Below are positions 36,961-48,237 of a stretch of 64,000 nt of DNA, one piece after another. The DNA comes from a virus. Its lineage: Duplodnaviria > Caudoviricetes. The notes beneath the pieces are model-generated. The model saw only the letters and a list, made by a program, of their open reading frames with translations, searched no databases and was not told where the DNA came from. Position 1 is the stretch's first letter. Each line of letters begins with the position of its first letter. The stretch covers positions 64,001 through 128,000 of the IMG/VR virus record IMGVR_UViG_3300021387_000661. One strand, 5' to 3'. Both the position numbers and the translations under genes were made by a program.

Positions 36961-37683
36961 TTATTTATCACTCCAATCTCTTAACTTCTTTATAACTTTT
37001 GGTATAATTGGATTTCTTACTACTTCATCATCATTAAAGTGACAATAACCTATATAATCTTCATCTTTGAAAATATCTATAATATGTTGTAGGGCTGATT
37101 GTTTTCTTTTCTTTTCCTGGTCAAAATCAACTTGCTCAATATCTCCAAGGAATATCATCTTACTTTCATCACCTATTCTTGTAATTATTGACTTGAATAA
37201 ATTCATTGTAATATTCTGTGACTCATCAATTATAATATAAGATTTATCCAGTGTCACGCCTCTGATATATGCTAATGGAAGTACTTCTACTTTCTTTTCT
37301 TTGAATAATCTTTCTACATTATCTTCACTTTTGAGCATTTTCTTCATATTACCTTTATAAGATATAATATGTGGCTCCATTTTTTCATCAATTGTTCCGG
37401 GGATGTATCCGATATCTTCATTTGGCGTAGATATTACTGATTTACATAAAATTATTTTTTCATATCTTTTTGCCAGAACTCCCAACAGACCTTCATAAAG
37501 AGCTATGTATGTTTTTCCTGACCCTGCGATTCCATCGCAAATTGTTATGTCATGGTTTCTGATTTCACTTAAGAAAAATTTCTGTTTTGGATTCCTACAT
37601 TTAAGCGGTAAAAGAGTTATTGGATTTTTATCTACTATTATTTCAGGAATTTGGGGTTCTTCAGATTTTTTCTTTTTTGGCAT
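36961..37683 (-). CDS. phoH: PhoH-like ATPase
   Basis: GIAGSGKT, IGYIPG, PLAYIRGVTL, IIDESQN, TRIG, GDIEQVD and VRNPII motifs. Confidence 0.93.
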   Translation of the reverse strand: MPKKKKSEEPQIPEIIVDKNPITLLPLKCRNPKQKFFLSEIRNHDITICDGIAGSGKTYIALYEGLLGVLAKRYEKIILCKSVISTPNEDIGYIPGTIDEKMEPHIISYKGNMKKMLKSEDNVERLFKEKKVEVLPLAYIRGVTLDKSYIIIDESQNITMNLFKSIITRIGDESKMIFLGDIEQVDFDQEKKRKQSALQHIIDIFKDEDYIGYCHFNDDEVVRNPIIPKVIKKLRDWSDK

Positions 37684-37747
37684 ATAATTTAAAATATTTT
37701 AGTATATAAAAGAAAAAAAAAGGTGGGACAAAAATCCCACCTATCTT

Positions 37748-38338
37748 TTATTCATAGACAGGAAGTCCAACAGTCAAATCATCCCAGCAGTCTGCCTGGA
37801 AGGTCATTGTAATTTCATTTGCTTCATTACCACTGTCATAGTTGCGGTCATTCATACCTGTTGGCTGTCCAGGGATTACATTGATACAAGTAATCTTTCT
37901 CCAGATGGAACCATCACGGTTGTATTCAATGATGACCATAGAGCCACAGTAATCTTTCTTAAGACCATATGCACCTGTTGCAGGGTTGAAAGACTTGTTG
38001 TACCATTTACGGAGAGTTGTATAGATGTAGTTCTCATTAGAATCATTCAAGTTCAAGGAGAATGTCATCTGTAATTCAAGGTGTGTCTGTTCTGGAACAC
38101 CAAGGTAAACTCTTTCTGCTTGTTTGTATTTCTGGATTACAGTACCCATTGGAGGGTTAATACCATCAAGACCAGAAATGGATCTTACATGCTCAAGAAG
38201 AAGCTGTGTTGTTAAGGATGCACCCTCTTTGTCACCATCGAGTTCTGGAGGAAGGATAGTAACCTCAAAAAAGGCAGGATTTACAACTTCCCACTTGTTA
38301 ACTGCGGCATGTGAATTTTTAAAATGGCTAAGTGACAT
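37748..38338 (-). CDS. gp19: Tail tube protein (T4 gp19-like)
   Basis: 196 aa; TLRKWYN..FNPATG..GLKKDY, EITMTFQAD.W; divergent from the sheath gene; late promoter at 38393-38400. Confidence 0.75.
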   Translation of the reverse strand: MSLSHFKNSHAAVNKWEVVNPAFFEVTILPPELDGDKEGASLTTQLLLEHVRSISGLDGINPPMGTVIQKYKQAERVYLGVPEQTHLELQMTFSLNLNDSNENYIYTTLRKWYNKSFNPATGAYGLKKDYCGSMVIIEYNRDGSIWRKITCINVIPGQPTGMNDRNYDSGNEANEITMTFQADCWDDLTVGLPVYE

Positions 38339-38481
38339 ATTTTATGTTTTTTTATTTTATATACTATGTAAAGACTCCGCCTTTACACACATTATTTATG
38401 AAATCATATAATGGTTTGGAACATAATTTCAAAAAACAAGTTTTCATAAATATCTTATAAATATAATAAAAAGTAAAAATT

Positions 38482-41400
38482 ATGGCTTTAGATGCAGAAT
38501 TAATTAATTTGAAATCAGCAGGTACTTATCGTTTTGAGAGAGATAAGTCTGAAATTTCAAATAATGGTGCAATTACAATCTCTAATATGAGATTGATTGT
38601 CGGTTTTAGCAAGATGGGTCCATTCAATACAGTAAGATTGGTAACTTCACCAGCACAGTTTATCAAACTCTATGGTAACATTGACCGTTCACTTGAGAAG
38701 AAGGGTTCTTTCTTCCATAGGAGTGCCTTGGTTGCCTTGAGTGCAGGTCCTATTCTTTGCTTGAATCTTTTGAATCTTGATCCTGATAAAGACCAGGTGG
38801 TTGAGAAATCATTCTCTGTAGGTTCAACAGATATAAATAAAAAGTCAGTCACACTTCCTTTACAGTCACTTTATAATACAGATAAATTCTGGTTTGCAAG
38901 TGATGAGGCATATCTTGATGCCGTTGATAAGATTCTTGGCACAGCAAATCCACAAGAAGATGGAGCTCAAGTTGATTGGAAAAATGGTATTCTTCATTTG
39001 ACCAATATAGGTAAGAAACCTGTTTCTGTTTTAATTAAGAAGGCAAGTGATTATGCTTCAAAGGGTTATCAACTTACTCTCAATGAGTGGTATGGTGAGG
39101 GTAATGTCCCTGAATATCTCAATGGTACTTCATATGTAAGTGATTATCTTGTTGAGGTTTATGTTGTTGGTGGTGATTTCGGTCCAGCTCTTAAGAGTGA
39201 TACAATTTATTCAGGTGTTGACTTGGATGATGATAATATTAATGGTAAAGGAGATGCACTTACAATGTTCTCAATCTATACAGAAAAGGATGAAAATAAT
39301 GTAGATGTTAAAATTCCTTACAAGAGATTTTCTTCAGATATTGTTTATCAGTCATACTTTGATGAAGATGGATTTATCAGGGGTGAAAATGATGCAAATC
39401 TCATTAAGTTCTTGAATCTTCCTTCAGTTGACCTTCGTGCAAAGTATGTTGGTTCATTGATTCCTAATTTTGTTGACAAACTTGGTAGAAATATCTGGAT
39501 TCAGAAGTTGATAAATGATGACACTGACACTATTGGTCTTCTTTGTACAGAGAATGTTGAATTACTTGAAGATGTAGATTTTGATGGTGATTTCATTAAT
39601 GAAAAGATTGATTTGCTTGGGCATAATATCTTTGCAAAATATCAGGAAAAACTTAAAGGTGGTGAATCCATATCATTTGATTTCTTGGGTTATAATTTTA
39701 CATATACAGATGATTTCCAGGAAGTTATTATAGATGGAAGTCTATATAAAAAATTACCTCCTCTTGAGGATGAGGTTATTGAATCACAATCACATCCATA
39801 TCCATTTAAGTGGGAAAAAATAGATGAAAGTGAAGAGGGTACTGATGAATATCTATATTCATCTTCATCAGTTTTGACAGTTGGACAGAGAGTTTATGAC
39901 ACCCCTGATGGTGATGATAGTTCAGATTCAGATGTTGATTATGAACATATTGTAGATTCTATTAAAAAGAGTGTAAAACCTATATTTACAGAATTTGCTG
40001 AATTAGGAAATTCAGAATTTTATCTGGATGCACAGAATAACAAGCCATATGTATATAGAGACAATGAAGTTGTTCTTGACAAGAAAGCAAATGTAAATGT
40101 TGGTGATTATTTCCTTTCTGACTCTGATAATACACATTCAAGAATCACAAGAGTTGTTGAAGTAAAATATGTTTATAATGATACTGCAGTATATGATAAT
40201 GAAACAGGTACATATACAACATTAGCAGAGAAGGCTGGTATCCTTGTAGTTTGTGCTGACAAGATTTACAAGACTGCTCATAGTGTTCCTAATAATGTTG
40301 TAATTAAGATTACACCTATTGATAATATTGCTGATAGACTTCAGTGGGTATGTCTCAATGGCTTCCAGGTAAGGAAGGCAGCAATGCCTAATGGTACAAA
40401 TGAGCGTCAGAATGAGATTCTTGATATGCTCCGAGAGAATCCAGAATATCCTTCAACAGTATCAAATCTCTACAAGGCACTCATTGACCGTGACTATGTA
40501 CAGTTCAGATATCTGGTTGATTCATTTGGTTTTGGTCTTGAGGAAGAATGTAAGAAGGTTTATACCCAGTTATGTAAGGGTAGAAAATCAGCATTGGCAA
40601 TTGTCAACTGTCCTTCACAGCTTGATTTCAAGAAGAGTCTTGATCCTTCCTTCACAAACAAGGTTGGTGGTGTTGAAGCAGAGTTCATTGCCAAGGGTGG
40701 TGACCTTTCAAAGAATCCTTCATTCTTGTTCAGTCTTCCAAAACTTGAGAATGGTGCTTCTTATGGTGCTTACTACTATCCATATTTGAGAATCACTGAT
40801 TTGAGTGCACCTAAATCTGTACCTCCAGCAGCATATGTGTCTAACCTTTATATCCAGAAGTATAATAGGGGATTTGCATGGTCTATTGTTGCTGGTCAGA
40901 AGAGGGGAGTCATTTCAGGAAACCAGGTGGTTGGTGTTGAGGCAACTCTTATCCATGACAACAGAGACTGGTTGGAACCAATGGGTATCAACTCCATTAT
41001 CTGGGAGCAGGGTGTCGGTGTTGAGATTTATGCAAACAAAACTGCAAAACAGACTCCTGTTTCAGCACTTTCTTCAATCCATGTCCGTGAGGCTGCTATC
41101 TATATCCAGGATGGTGTAGAAGATATTTTGAGAAGATATGTATTTGAGTTCAATACTGCACAGTCAAGACTTGAAATCAAGACATTGGTTGATGAGTTCC
41201 TTGAGACAATGAAGAACAATGGTGGTCTTTATGATTTCAGAACAGTTATGGATACCACTAACAATACAGCAGAGGTCATTGATAACAATATGGGTGTCAT
41301 CGACATTTATGTTGAAGTTGTTAGAGGTCTTGAAATCATTGCTCAAAGACTCACAATTCTTAAGACTGGTGCAATTGCTGCTGGTGGATTTGACGAATAA
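38482..41400 (+). CDS. gp18: Contractile tail sheath protein (T4 gp18-like, with insertions)
   Basis: SAGTYRFERD, VGFSKMGPFN, YYYPYL..VPPAAYV, AGQKRG, SSIHVRE, FEFNT, DTTNNTAEVID. Confidence 0.9.
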   Translation: MALDAELINLKSAGTYRFERDKSEISNNGAITISNMRLIVGFSKMGPFNTVRLVTSPAQFIKLYGNIDRSLEKKGSFFHRSALVALSAGPILCLNLLNLDPDKDQVVEKSFSVGSTDINKKSVTLPLQSLYNTDKFWFASDEAYLDAVDKILGTANPQEDGAQVDWKNGILHLTNIGKKPVSVLIKKASDYASKGYQLTLNEWYGEGNVPEYLNGTSYVSDYLVEVYVVGGDFGPALKSDTIYSGVDLDDDNINGKGDALTMFSIYTEKDENNVDVKIPYKRFSSDIVYQSYFDEDGFIRGENDANLIKFLNLPSVDLRAKYVGSLIPNFVDKLGRNIWIQKLINDDTDTIGLLCTENVELLEDVDFDGDFINEKIDLLGHNIFAKYQEKLKGGESISFDFLGYNFTYTDDFQEVIIDGSLYKKLPPLEDEVIESQSHPYPFKWEKIDESEEGTDEYLYSSSSVLTVGQRVYDTPDGDDSSDSDVDYEHIVDSIKKSVKPIFTEFAELGNSEFYLDAQNNKPYVYRDNEVVLDKKANVNVGDYFLSDSDNTHSRITRVVEVKYVYNDTAVYDNETGTYTTLAEKAGILVVCADKIYKTAHSVPNNVVIKITPIDNIADRLQWVCLNGFQVRKAAMPNGTNERQNEILDMLRENPEYPSTVSNLYKALIDRDYVQFRYLVDSFGFGLEEECKKVYTQLCKGRKSALAIVNCPSQLDFKKSLDPSFTNKVGGVEAEFIAKGGDLSKNPSFLFSLPKLENGASYGAYYYPYLRITDLSAPKSVPPAAYVSNLYIQKYNRGFAWSIVAGQKRGVISGNQVVGVEATLIHDNRDWLEPMGINSIIWEQGVGVEIYANKTAKQTPVSALSSIHVREAAIYIQDGVEDILRRYVFEFNTAQSRLEIKTLVDEFLETMKNNGGLYDFRTVMDTTNNTAEVIDNNMGVIDIYVEVVRGLEIIAQRLTILKTGAIAAGGFDE

Positions 41401-41471
41401 TATTACAGTCTATGACTTCATAAATAAAGGAGAAGGTGATAAACTTTCTCCTTTATTGTTATTTTTAAGGT

Positions 41472-43115
41472 ATGAATAAATTGGAAGTACTGAAATATAT
41501 AACTGACCATAATAAAGAATTTGCTGGTAGATTGGTTACAGAAATTGGATTCAAAAAACATTTTCCAGAATTGTATGAAGAAATGTCAAAGATTGAATAT
41601 CCTGATTCTTTTTCATCATTTGATTTCAAACAAAAGTTGTGGCATTTTTTAAGGGATGATTATACAATTCATTATTGTAAATGTGGTGGACTTTTGAAAT
41701 TCAGGAGTTTTTGGTATGGTTACAATGAATTTTGTAGGATGAATTGTCCGGCAATGGTTGAAAACCAAAAAAAATGTGTTGTTGAAAAAAATAAAACAAG
41801 GACAGATGATGAAAAGAAGCAGATATATAATAAAGTGAAAGACACATTTTTGAAGAAATATGGAGTTGAAAGGTATTCGCAAACAAAAGAATGGAAAGAA
41901 AAAACACTTCAAAAAAATAGAGAGAAATTTGGTACTGACTGGTATACACAAACAGAAGAATATAAAAAAGAATATGAAAAACATTGTATAGATAAATATG
42001 ATGTTAAAAATGCATTCCAGGCAGAAGATGTAAAGGCAAAAATACTTAATAAATTTTATGACAGTTTCAAATCAAGACATAAGAATGTAATAGAAATAAA
42101 GAAAGATACATTATTGTGTAAATGTACTGATGAAACTTGTACATTATGTGAAAAGAAAATATATGAGATAAAAAAGACAACATTTTCTGATAGGATATGC
42201 CACAATATAGATACTTGTACAATAAGAACACCATATGGAGACATATGTTCTGGTAGTGAAACATTTGTTTGGGAATATATTAAAAGCATATATAATGGAT
42301 GTATAATAAAGAATGACAGGTCTGTTTTATTGGGTAAAGAACTTGACATTTATCTTCCTGAATTGAATATAGCATTTGAATTCAATGGGGTTTATTGGCA
42401 TAATGAATTCAATAAACCAAGGTATTATCATCAAGAAAAATCTTTGGAGTGTAAAGAAAAAGGTATTCAGTTGATACATATATGGGAAGATGACTGGTTA
42501 TATAGGAATGATATAGTAAAAGATATTATAAAATCAAAACTTGGTTTATCTGATTTCAATATAGGTGCCAGGAAGTGTGAAATTAGAAATGTATCAAACA
42601 AGGATGCAATTGATTTCTTGAACAAATACCATATCCAAGGTGGAGTTTTAAATGGTAAATCAATAGGTCTGTATTATCAAAATAATCTTGTTGAAATATT
42701 GACATTTGGTCAATTGAGAAAAAATATGGGAAGTATACCTGAAAATGAAAAATATGAAATTTACAGGGTATGTTCAAAGGCAGGATATAATATTCAAGGT
42801 GGATTTAGTAGATTACTTCATTTTTTTGAAACTGAATATAAACCAAAAGAAATAATAACATATGGCAATTTGGATTATACTTATGGAAATGTTTATCTTA
42901 AGTGTGGATTTATAGAATGTGGATTATCTGCTCCAACTTATACATGGGTTGTTGATGGAAAAAGATGCCATAGGTCTAATTTTATGAAATCAAAATTGGA
43001 TGAATGTAAATCAAATCCAGAATTGACGGAAAGCGATGTTATGCACAGTAGAGGATGTTGGAAATGTTGGGATGCAGGAAAAATAAAATTTATAAAAATA
43101 TATGAAAGAGGGTAG
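41472..43115 (+). CDS. Free-standing homing-endonuclease-like protein (Hef-like C-terminal region)
   Basis: Shared N-terminal FPELY..QKLWHF..CKCG module, KYGVE repeat, ELDIYLPELNIAFEFNGVYWH, IHIWEDDW, GARKCEIR. Confidence 0.75.
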   Translation: MNKLEVLKYITDHNKEFAGRLVTEIGFKKHFPELYEEMSKIEYPDSFSSFDFKQKLWHFLRDDYTIHYCKCGGLLKFRSFWYGYNEFCRMNCPAMVENQKKCVVEKNKTRTDDEKKQIYNKVKDTFLKKYGVERYSQTKEWKEKTLQKNREKFGTDWYTQTEEYKKEYEKHCIDKYDVKNAFQAEDVKAKILNKFYDSFKSRHKNVIEIKKDTLLCKCTDETCTLCEKKIYEIKKTTFSDRICHNIDTCTIRTPYGDICSGSETFVWEYIKSIYNGCIIKNDRSVLLGKELDIYLPELNIAFEFNGVYWHNEFNKPRYYHQEKSLECKEKGIQLIHIWEDDWLYRNDIVKDIIKSKLGLSDFNIGARKCEIRNVSNKDAIDFLNKYHIQGGVLNGKSIGLYYQNNLVEILTFGQLRKNMGSIPENEKYEIYRVCSKAGYNIQGGFSRLLHFFETEYKPKEIITYGNLDYTYGNVYLKCGFIECGLSAPTYTWVVDGKRCHRSNFMKSKLDECKSNPELTESDVMHSRGCWKCWDAGKIKFIKIYERG

Positions 43116-43170
43116 GTGACTACTCTCTTTCTTTTTTATCATAAATACTATATATTATCTCTATACTATT

Positions 43171-43464
43171 ATGATACAAAAATATGATGAATATTTTAGT
43201 GATGATATTCAATTGAATGAATCACAGGAAAGGATGATAAATGAAGCTGCAGAAATAATTGCAAAAAAAATCAAGAATGGGGAGGAAGTAGATGAAGGAA
43301 TCCTGGGCAGTGTTGTTGGTGGACTTACCGGTGTTACAATCGGGCCTGCAATCGGTAGGGCAATATGTAAAGCTCTTGGTATTACTGGAGGAATGTTATA
43401 TGACCTCTTTACAAGTAGGTTGTTTACAACTGCTGTTTCTGCATATATAGGATATAAGAATTAA
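43171..43464 (+). CDS. Small late protein: acidic propeptide plus hydrophobic glycine-zipper peptide
   Basis: MIQKYDEY..LNE|S..INE|A..VDE|GILGSVVGGLTGVTIGPAIG; CATAAATA at 43140. Confidence 0.7.
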   Translation: MIQKYDEYFSDDIQLNESQERMINEAAEIIAKKIKNGEEVDEGILGSVVGGLTGVTIGPAIGRAICKALGITGGMLYDLFTSRLFTTAVSAYIGYKN

Positions 43465-43479
43465 TTTATTGTTTGAACT

Positions 43480-46407
43480 ATGAGTGATATAATTAAAATT
43501 AAAAAAACTGACATTATTTCAGATTCAGTAGATGTTATCAATCAGAATTTTGATATAATTCAGGGAATTATTGAATCAGATAATTATGTAAAGTCTCTTC
43601 AACTTGGTGACATTGAGACCAGGCTTAATAACCTTGAAAATAAAAATAATCAGAATTTTTCCGATCTGGTAAAAGACCTTAATGATTTAACTGAAAAAAT
43701 TGAGGATGAATTTGATGAAAACAACATCCAAGATATGATTAATAAATCTTTAACGAAATCTGCATCTGATTTAGAAGATTTTATTAAACGTACTGCTGGT
43801 CAACAAGTTTACAAAGCACTGGGACCATATGCCACAACAAGTACTATAGATGGTAAAATAGAACAAAAACTTCAAGGGTATTTAAAACAAGGTGATTTGG
43901 ATGAGTATGATAATTATGTAAAAAATGAGTTGCTTGCTCAATATAATAAATCATCTGCATTTACACAATATCAATCTGATGCTGACAGAAAATATGCAGA
44001 AGTATCCACAATAGTTGCAAACTCTAAATTTTATTTTGAGAAAAATAGTAATGGTGTTGATTGTCTTTATTCAGTAACAGAACCAGTTGGAATAACCAAT
44101 TATACAAGTATAGAGGATTTTTATGATAAAGGAAAGGTTACTTTAGATTCTAATGGTAAAGTTGTTGGTTTGGGGAGTAAACCAGTTAAGGAAGTTGTGG
44201 ATCCAACTAATGCCACTCTCAAAGATTTAACTGTTCTTAAAAACCTTATACAAATATGTGAGAAATTGTTTAAAACTATTTCAACGGAAATGGTAACACT
44301 CAGACAGAGTGTTGGTGAAAATAAAGCAGAATTTGACATCATTGCTGCTATAAAGGGTCCTGATGGTCAAGATATTGCTGCTTCAATATTTGCTTATGCA
44401 GATAAGGAGGGTTCCAGACTTATATTGAGTGGTGATAATATAAATTTGAATGCAGACAAAAAATTGAAGCTCAAATCTGGAACTTTTGAATTGGATTCAA
44501 AGGAGATGTCACTTAATTCTGATGGAAAACTCACAATAAATTCAGAAAATCTAAAACTCAATGATGATGAGTTGATGATGAAGGGAAATATATATGCCAC
44601 TAATCAGAATAATCAGATTACAGCGGGAATTATTGGTGCAAGAAAAAACACAAATGGTAATAATAGAGTGGTGAGATTTTTTGCAGGAACAGAATCAACA
44701 AAAGAGGGTGATGAATATAAACTATTAGAGGAAGATATTGAAAATGCAAAATTTAAAGTATATGATGATGGACATGTTGTTGCAAAAGATATTGAATTAG
44801 TATTTAATGGAAACCACACATCAATTGATGAAGATGGTATTCTACATGCAAATGGTGCAGAGATTTCTGGAAATGTGACTGCAAATAAAATTGATGTAAC
44901 AAGTACCAATAATACAATTACTGTAAAGGGACCAGGTGAAATTAATTATACAGGTAATTTGACTTATGAGACAAATATATCTGCAGATAATTTTAGAATT
45001 TCTGTTGATGGTGAGTTGAAAGCAGAAAGTGGTGATTCCATAAAAATTAAAAATACTAAGAATTATCTTGAATTTGGTATACTTGATGAAATTGACAATA
45101 CCAATAATGAGATAAAAGATGAGAAAGGTGATCCAGCCACGAAATTATATGGTGTACCTAGTTTAATTATGTATTATAATGGAAAACCATTTTATTTGAA
45201 TCCAACTTGTTGGCTGAATAAAGGTACAGAATATAAGGGTGGAAATATGAGGTGGATAAAACAATATGATGCATATAACTATGCAAATCCAAATAATATA
45301 ATAAATAATCAAACTTATACATCAACATCTGGTGTTCTTAAGAATAATCAGGGAAGATATTGTATTGCTCGTCCAAAAAGTGCATTGGAAAATTTATTAA
45401 ACAGTAATGGTTCTAGTAGTGATGAAGTTGTAAGATTGACAATACTTGAATGGGGTGAAAATGAGGGAGATAAAAGAACTTGGTTGAAACGATCTGGTTT
45501 AATGAATGATGGTGATGAAAATGAAGGTGTATTCACTAAAAAATCAATCTTGGGTTCAAGTGGGTATTATGGAAACCCATCATTTACCAGGACTGAAATT
45601 ACTGAAGCTACATGTGAGGCATTTAAAAATAAAGTTCCAAATAGTCAAACTGTGTGGGCAAAGTGTAACTTTTACTATTATGTAGAATGGGTAAAAGATA
45701 ATGGTGAAGATGGTAAAGATTCTATTATAAAAAAAACTGATTTTCCAATAAAGAAAATTTGTACATTGATGCATAATATAGCTAAAGCCCAAAGTGCACC
45801 AACAGATGGTTATGAAAACTGTTGTTGGGGAAGACCAGGAAAATATATTAAAATTGTTAATTTTGATGACATCTTACCATTTACAGAAAAAACAATAACT
45901 GAGGATCGTTTTGATTATGATATGGGTGATGGTGATGGACAATATTTGGAGATAAACATTGATTATTGTCCTTTCTTTGAAATAAAGAATGGTATACCTA
46001 TGGATACTACTAAAAAAATATATGGAAAATGTCAAATTCAGATGGGTGGAAATAATTATAAAAATAAGATACAATATACAATTTATAACTCTATATCAGG
46101 TTCTGAATATGAGAATCTTCAGAGTGTGACTTTAAATTTAAATTTTGATTTTTATTTAGAGTTAAATAATGCTACCAATTTTTCTCATTTGGATGAAGCA
46201 CAAGAAAAGTTTACATTTTGTGAGTCAACTGATTTAGATAAAAGAGAATTATTAAAAAATGTAATAATAAAGTTCTTTGAGAATGAAGATATATATAATA
46301 CTAGTTCTATAAATCCAAATGATTTTTCATTTTCTGGAGTAATAGAAACAGATATGAATAGATATGAAAAAAGTAGTTGGAATCAAGAGGATGCATGGGA
46401 TGTTTAA
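43480..46407 (+). CDS. Large putative virion structural protein (tail/baseplate fibre-like)
   Basis: N-terminal SVDVINQNF, coiled coil, then beta-rich repeats (FKVYDDG, GAEISGNVTA). Confidence 0.55.
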   Translation: MSDIIKIKKTDIISDSVDVINQNFDIIQGIIESDNYVKSLQLGDIETRLNNLENKNNQNFSDLVKDLNDLTEKIEDEFDENNIQDMINKSLTKSASDLEDFIKRTAGQQVYKALGPYATTSTIDGKIEQKLQGYLKQGDLDEYDNYVKNELLAQYNKSSAFTQYQSDADRKYAEVSTIVANSKFYFEKNSNGVDCLYSVTEPVGITNYTSIEDFYDKGKVTLDSNGKVVGLGSKPVKEVVDPTNATLKDLTVLKNLIQICEKLFKTISTEMVTLRQSVGENKAEFDIIAAIKGPDGQDIAASIFAYADKEGSRLILSGDNINLNADKKLKLKSGTFELDSKEMSLNSDGKLTINSENLKLNDDELMMKGNIYATNQNNQITAGIIGARKNTNGNNRVVRFFAGTESTKEGDEYKLLEEDIENAKFKVYDDGHVVAKDIELVFNGNHTSIDEDGILHANGAEISGNVTANKIDVTSTNNTITVKGPGEINYTGNLTYETNISADNFRISVDGELKAESGDSIKIKNTKNYLEFGILDEIDNTNNEIKDEKGDPATKLYGVPSLIMYYNGKPFYLNPTCWLNKGTEYKGGNMRWIKQYDAYNYANPNNIINNQTYTSTSGVLKNNQGRYCIARPKSALENLLNSNGSSSDEVVRLTILEWGENEGDKRTWLKRSGLMNDGDENEGVFTKKSILGSSGYYGNPSFTRTEITEATCEAFKNKVPNSQTVWAKCNFYYYVEWVKDNGEDGKDSIIKKTDFPIKKICTLMHNIAKAQSAPTDGYENCCWGRPGKYIKIVNFDDILPFTEKTITEDRFDYDMGDGDGQYLEINIDYCPFFEIKNGIPMDTTKKIYGKCQIQMGGNNYKNKIQYTIYNSISGSEYENLQSVTLNLNFDFYLELNNATNFSHLDEAQEKFTFCESTDLDKRELLKNVIIKFFENEDIYNTSSINPNDFSFSGVIETDMNRYEKSSWNQEDAWDV

Positions 46408-46461
46408 TATATAATAATTCATAAATATATAGTATAGTGTAACTTTTAATACAGACTTTTT

Positions 46462-48177
46462 ATGGCTGGGTTTACAAATACAAATAGAAATAATACAAGT
46501 AATCCCAATCCTGTAACCAGGATGATTCGTAACTTGTCAAGACTTGGAATGAACTACAAGGATGATGTCATCAAGAATGTACGTTCCATGAATCTTGATA
46601 TTACCCAACAGCAGTTACAGACAAATCCAGTTACTGGTCAGGTTGGTTCTATCAATGATGAGAACATCCAGGTTCTTTTTGCCCGAATGTCTGCAACAGA
46701 CCCTTCCATTTCAAAGGGATATTTCAACTTATCAGAAGAGAATTATCAGAAGAAGAAGGAACAGTTGAGAAGATTTGCTCTCCAGGATGAAATTGAAGAA
46801 ATTCTAGATATCATCTGTGAGGAGAGTATTGTTTTTGATGGTGCCAACAAGTTTGCAAACATAAAACTCAACTATAAGGCAGACCAGGATATACTTGATG
46901 AATTTGCAGAAGAGTATAATAAGATTTATAATTACTTTGGATTCTATGATACAGTCCAGGCAACGGATTATTTTAGGAAATGGTTGATTGATGGTTTCCT
47001 TGCATTTGAAATAGTCTATAATGAAGACCAGACTGAAATCATAGGATTCATTGAACTTGACCCTGCTTGTCTTACTCCTGGTGTTGACCCAGAGACCAAT
47101 GAGAAAATCTGGTTTGTCAATCAGAGGGTTGGTATCAATGGTCAGACCACACAGGACAGGGTTCTTTATGATTCACAGATTATCTACCTTTCTTATGCAA
47201 AAGCAGACACTGTTTCCAGGATTTCTTATGTTGAAAGACTTATCCGTTCATTCAACATCTTGAGGACAATGGAGGCAACCCGTATCATCTGGGCTGTTAC
47301 AAATGCATCTTACAAAACACAGTATATCATTCCTGTTGGTTCAGTACAGTCACCAAGAGGTAGACAGACTTTAGCCCAGGCAATGGCAAACTACAAGGAA
47401 CTTGTGGACTTTGACTGGGATTCCGGTGAGATTAAGACCAATGGTAGGCCGATGCTTCAGTTCTACAAGGATATCTTTATGGCATCTGAAGGTGGTGAGA
47501 CTCCACAGATTCAGAACCTTGGTGGTGATGGTCCTGAAATTTCAGACACAGAGGCATTGAGATATTTCCGCGATAAACTTCGTCAGGCGTCAAAAATTCC
47601 TTTCACAAGGTTTGAGAAAGAACAGGGTGAAGGTCAATATACTATGAGTGCCGAAGGTATTGCAAGGGAGGAAATCAGGTTCAGTAAGTTCATTGGTAGA
47701 TTGAGGGCAATCTTTGCTGAAATCCTTATCAAGCCTGTTTATCTTCAGATGTGTCTCAAGCACAAGAGTATTATGTCTGATATGAACTTCAGGGTAAACC
47801 TTGGTCTTGATTATAATAAGGATTCTGTATTTGAAGAGAACAAGGAAGTTGAACTTCTTCAGAAGAAAGCAGATTTCATATCATCTATTATGGGTTCTAT
47901 TGTAGAGACTGATGATGAAGGTAATGAACATCCTTATTTTGATTTAGACTTCCTTGTAAGAGAGTATCTTGGTTTGAGTGATGAGAAACTTGCTTTAAAT
48001 CAAAGATATAAGGATGAGAAGGAATTGAAGAAAGAGGGATATAAACAGGAAGATATTGCCAAGATTCTTGATGGCGCTCCAAAGTCAGAGTTTAAGCCAG
48101 ACAAGAAAAAAGCAAAGGAAAATGAAGAAGAAAATGAAGATAATGGAGGTGGAGGTAATCCACTTGGAGGACTTTAA
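46462..48177 (+). CDS. gp20: Portal vertex protein (T4 gp20-like)
   Basis: EIEEILDII, FRKWLIDG, SYVERLIR.FN.LR.ME, YFRDKL..ASKIP..RF and REEIRFSKFI.RLR motifs. Confidence 0.92.
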   Translation: MAGFTNTNRNNTSNPNPVTRMIRNLSRLGMNYKDDVIKNVRSMNLDITQQQLQTNPVTGQVGSINDENIQVLFARMSATDPSISKGYFNLSEENYQKKKEQLRRFALQDEIEEILDIICEESIVFDGANKFANIKLNYKADQDILDEFAEEYNKIYNYFGFYDTVQATDYFRKWLIDGFLAFEIVYNEDQTEIIGFIELDPACLTPGVDPETNEKIWFVNQRVGINGQTTQDRVLYDSQIIYLSYAKADTVSRISYVERLIRSFNILRTMEATRIIWAVTNASYKTQYIIPVGSVQSPRGRQTLAQAMANYKELVDFDWDSGEIKTNGRPMLQFYKDIFMASEGGETPQIQNLGGDGPEISDTEALRYFRDKLRQASKIPFTRFEKEQGEGQYTMSAEGIAREEIRFSKFIGRLRAIFAEILIKPVYLQMCLKHKSIMSDMNFRVNLGLDYNKDSVFEENKEVELLQKKADFISSIMGSIVETDDEGNEHPYFDLDFLVREYLGLSDEKLALNQRYKDEKELKKEGYKQEDIAKILDGAPKSEFKPDKKKAKENEEENEDNGGGGNPLGGL

Positions 48178-48237
48178 AAATAAGTAAAAATTATTTTCAT
48201 AAATACCATATAAAATATATAAGAAAATCATTTGAAA

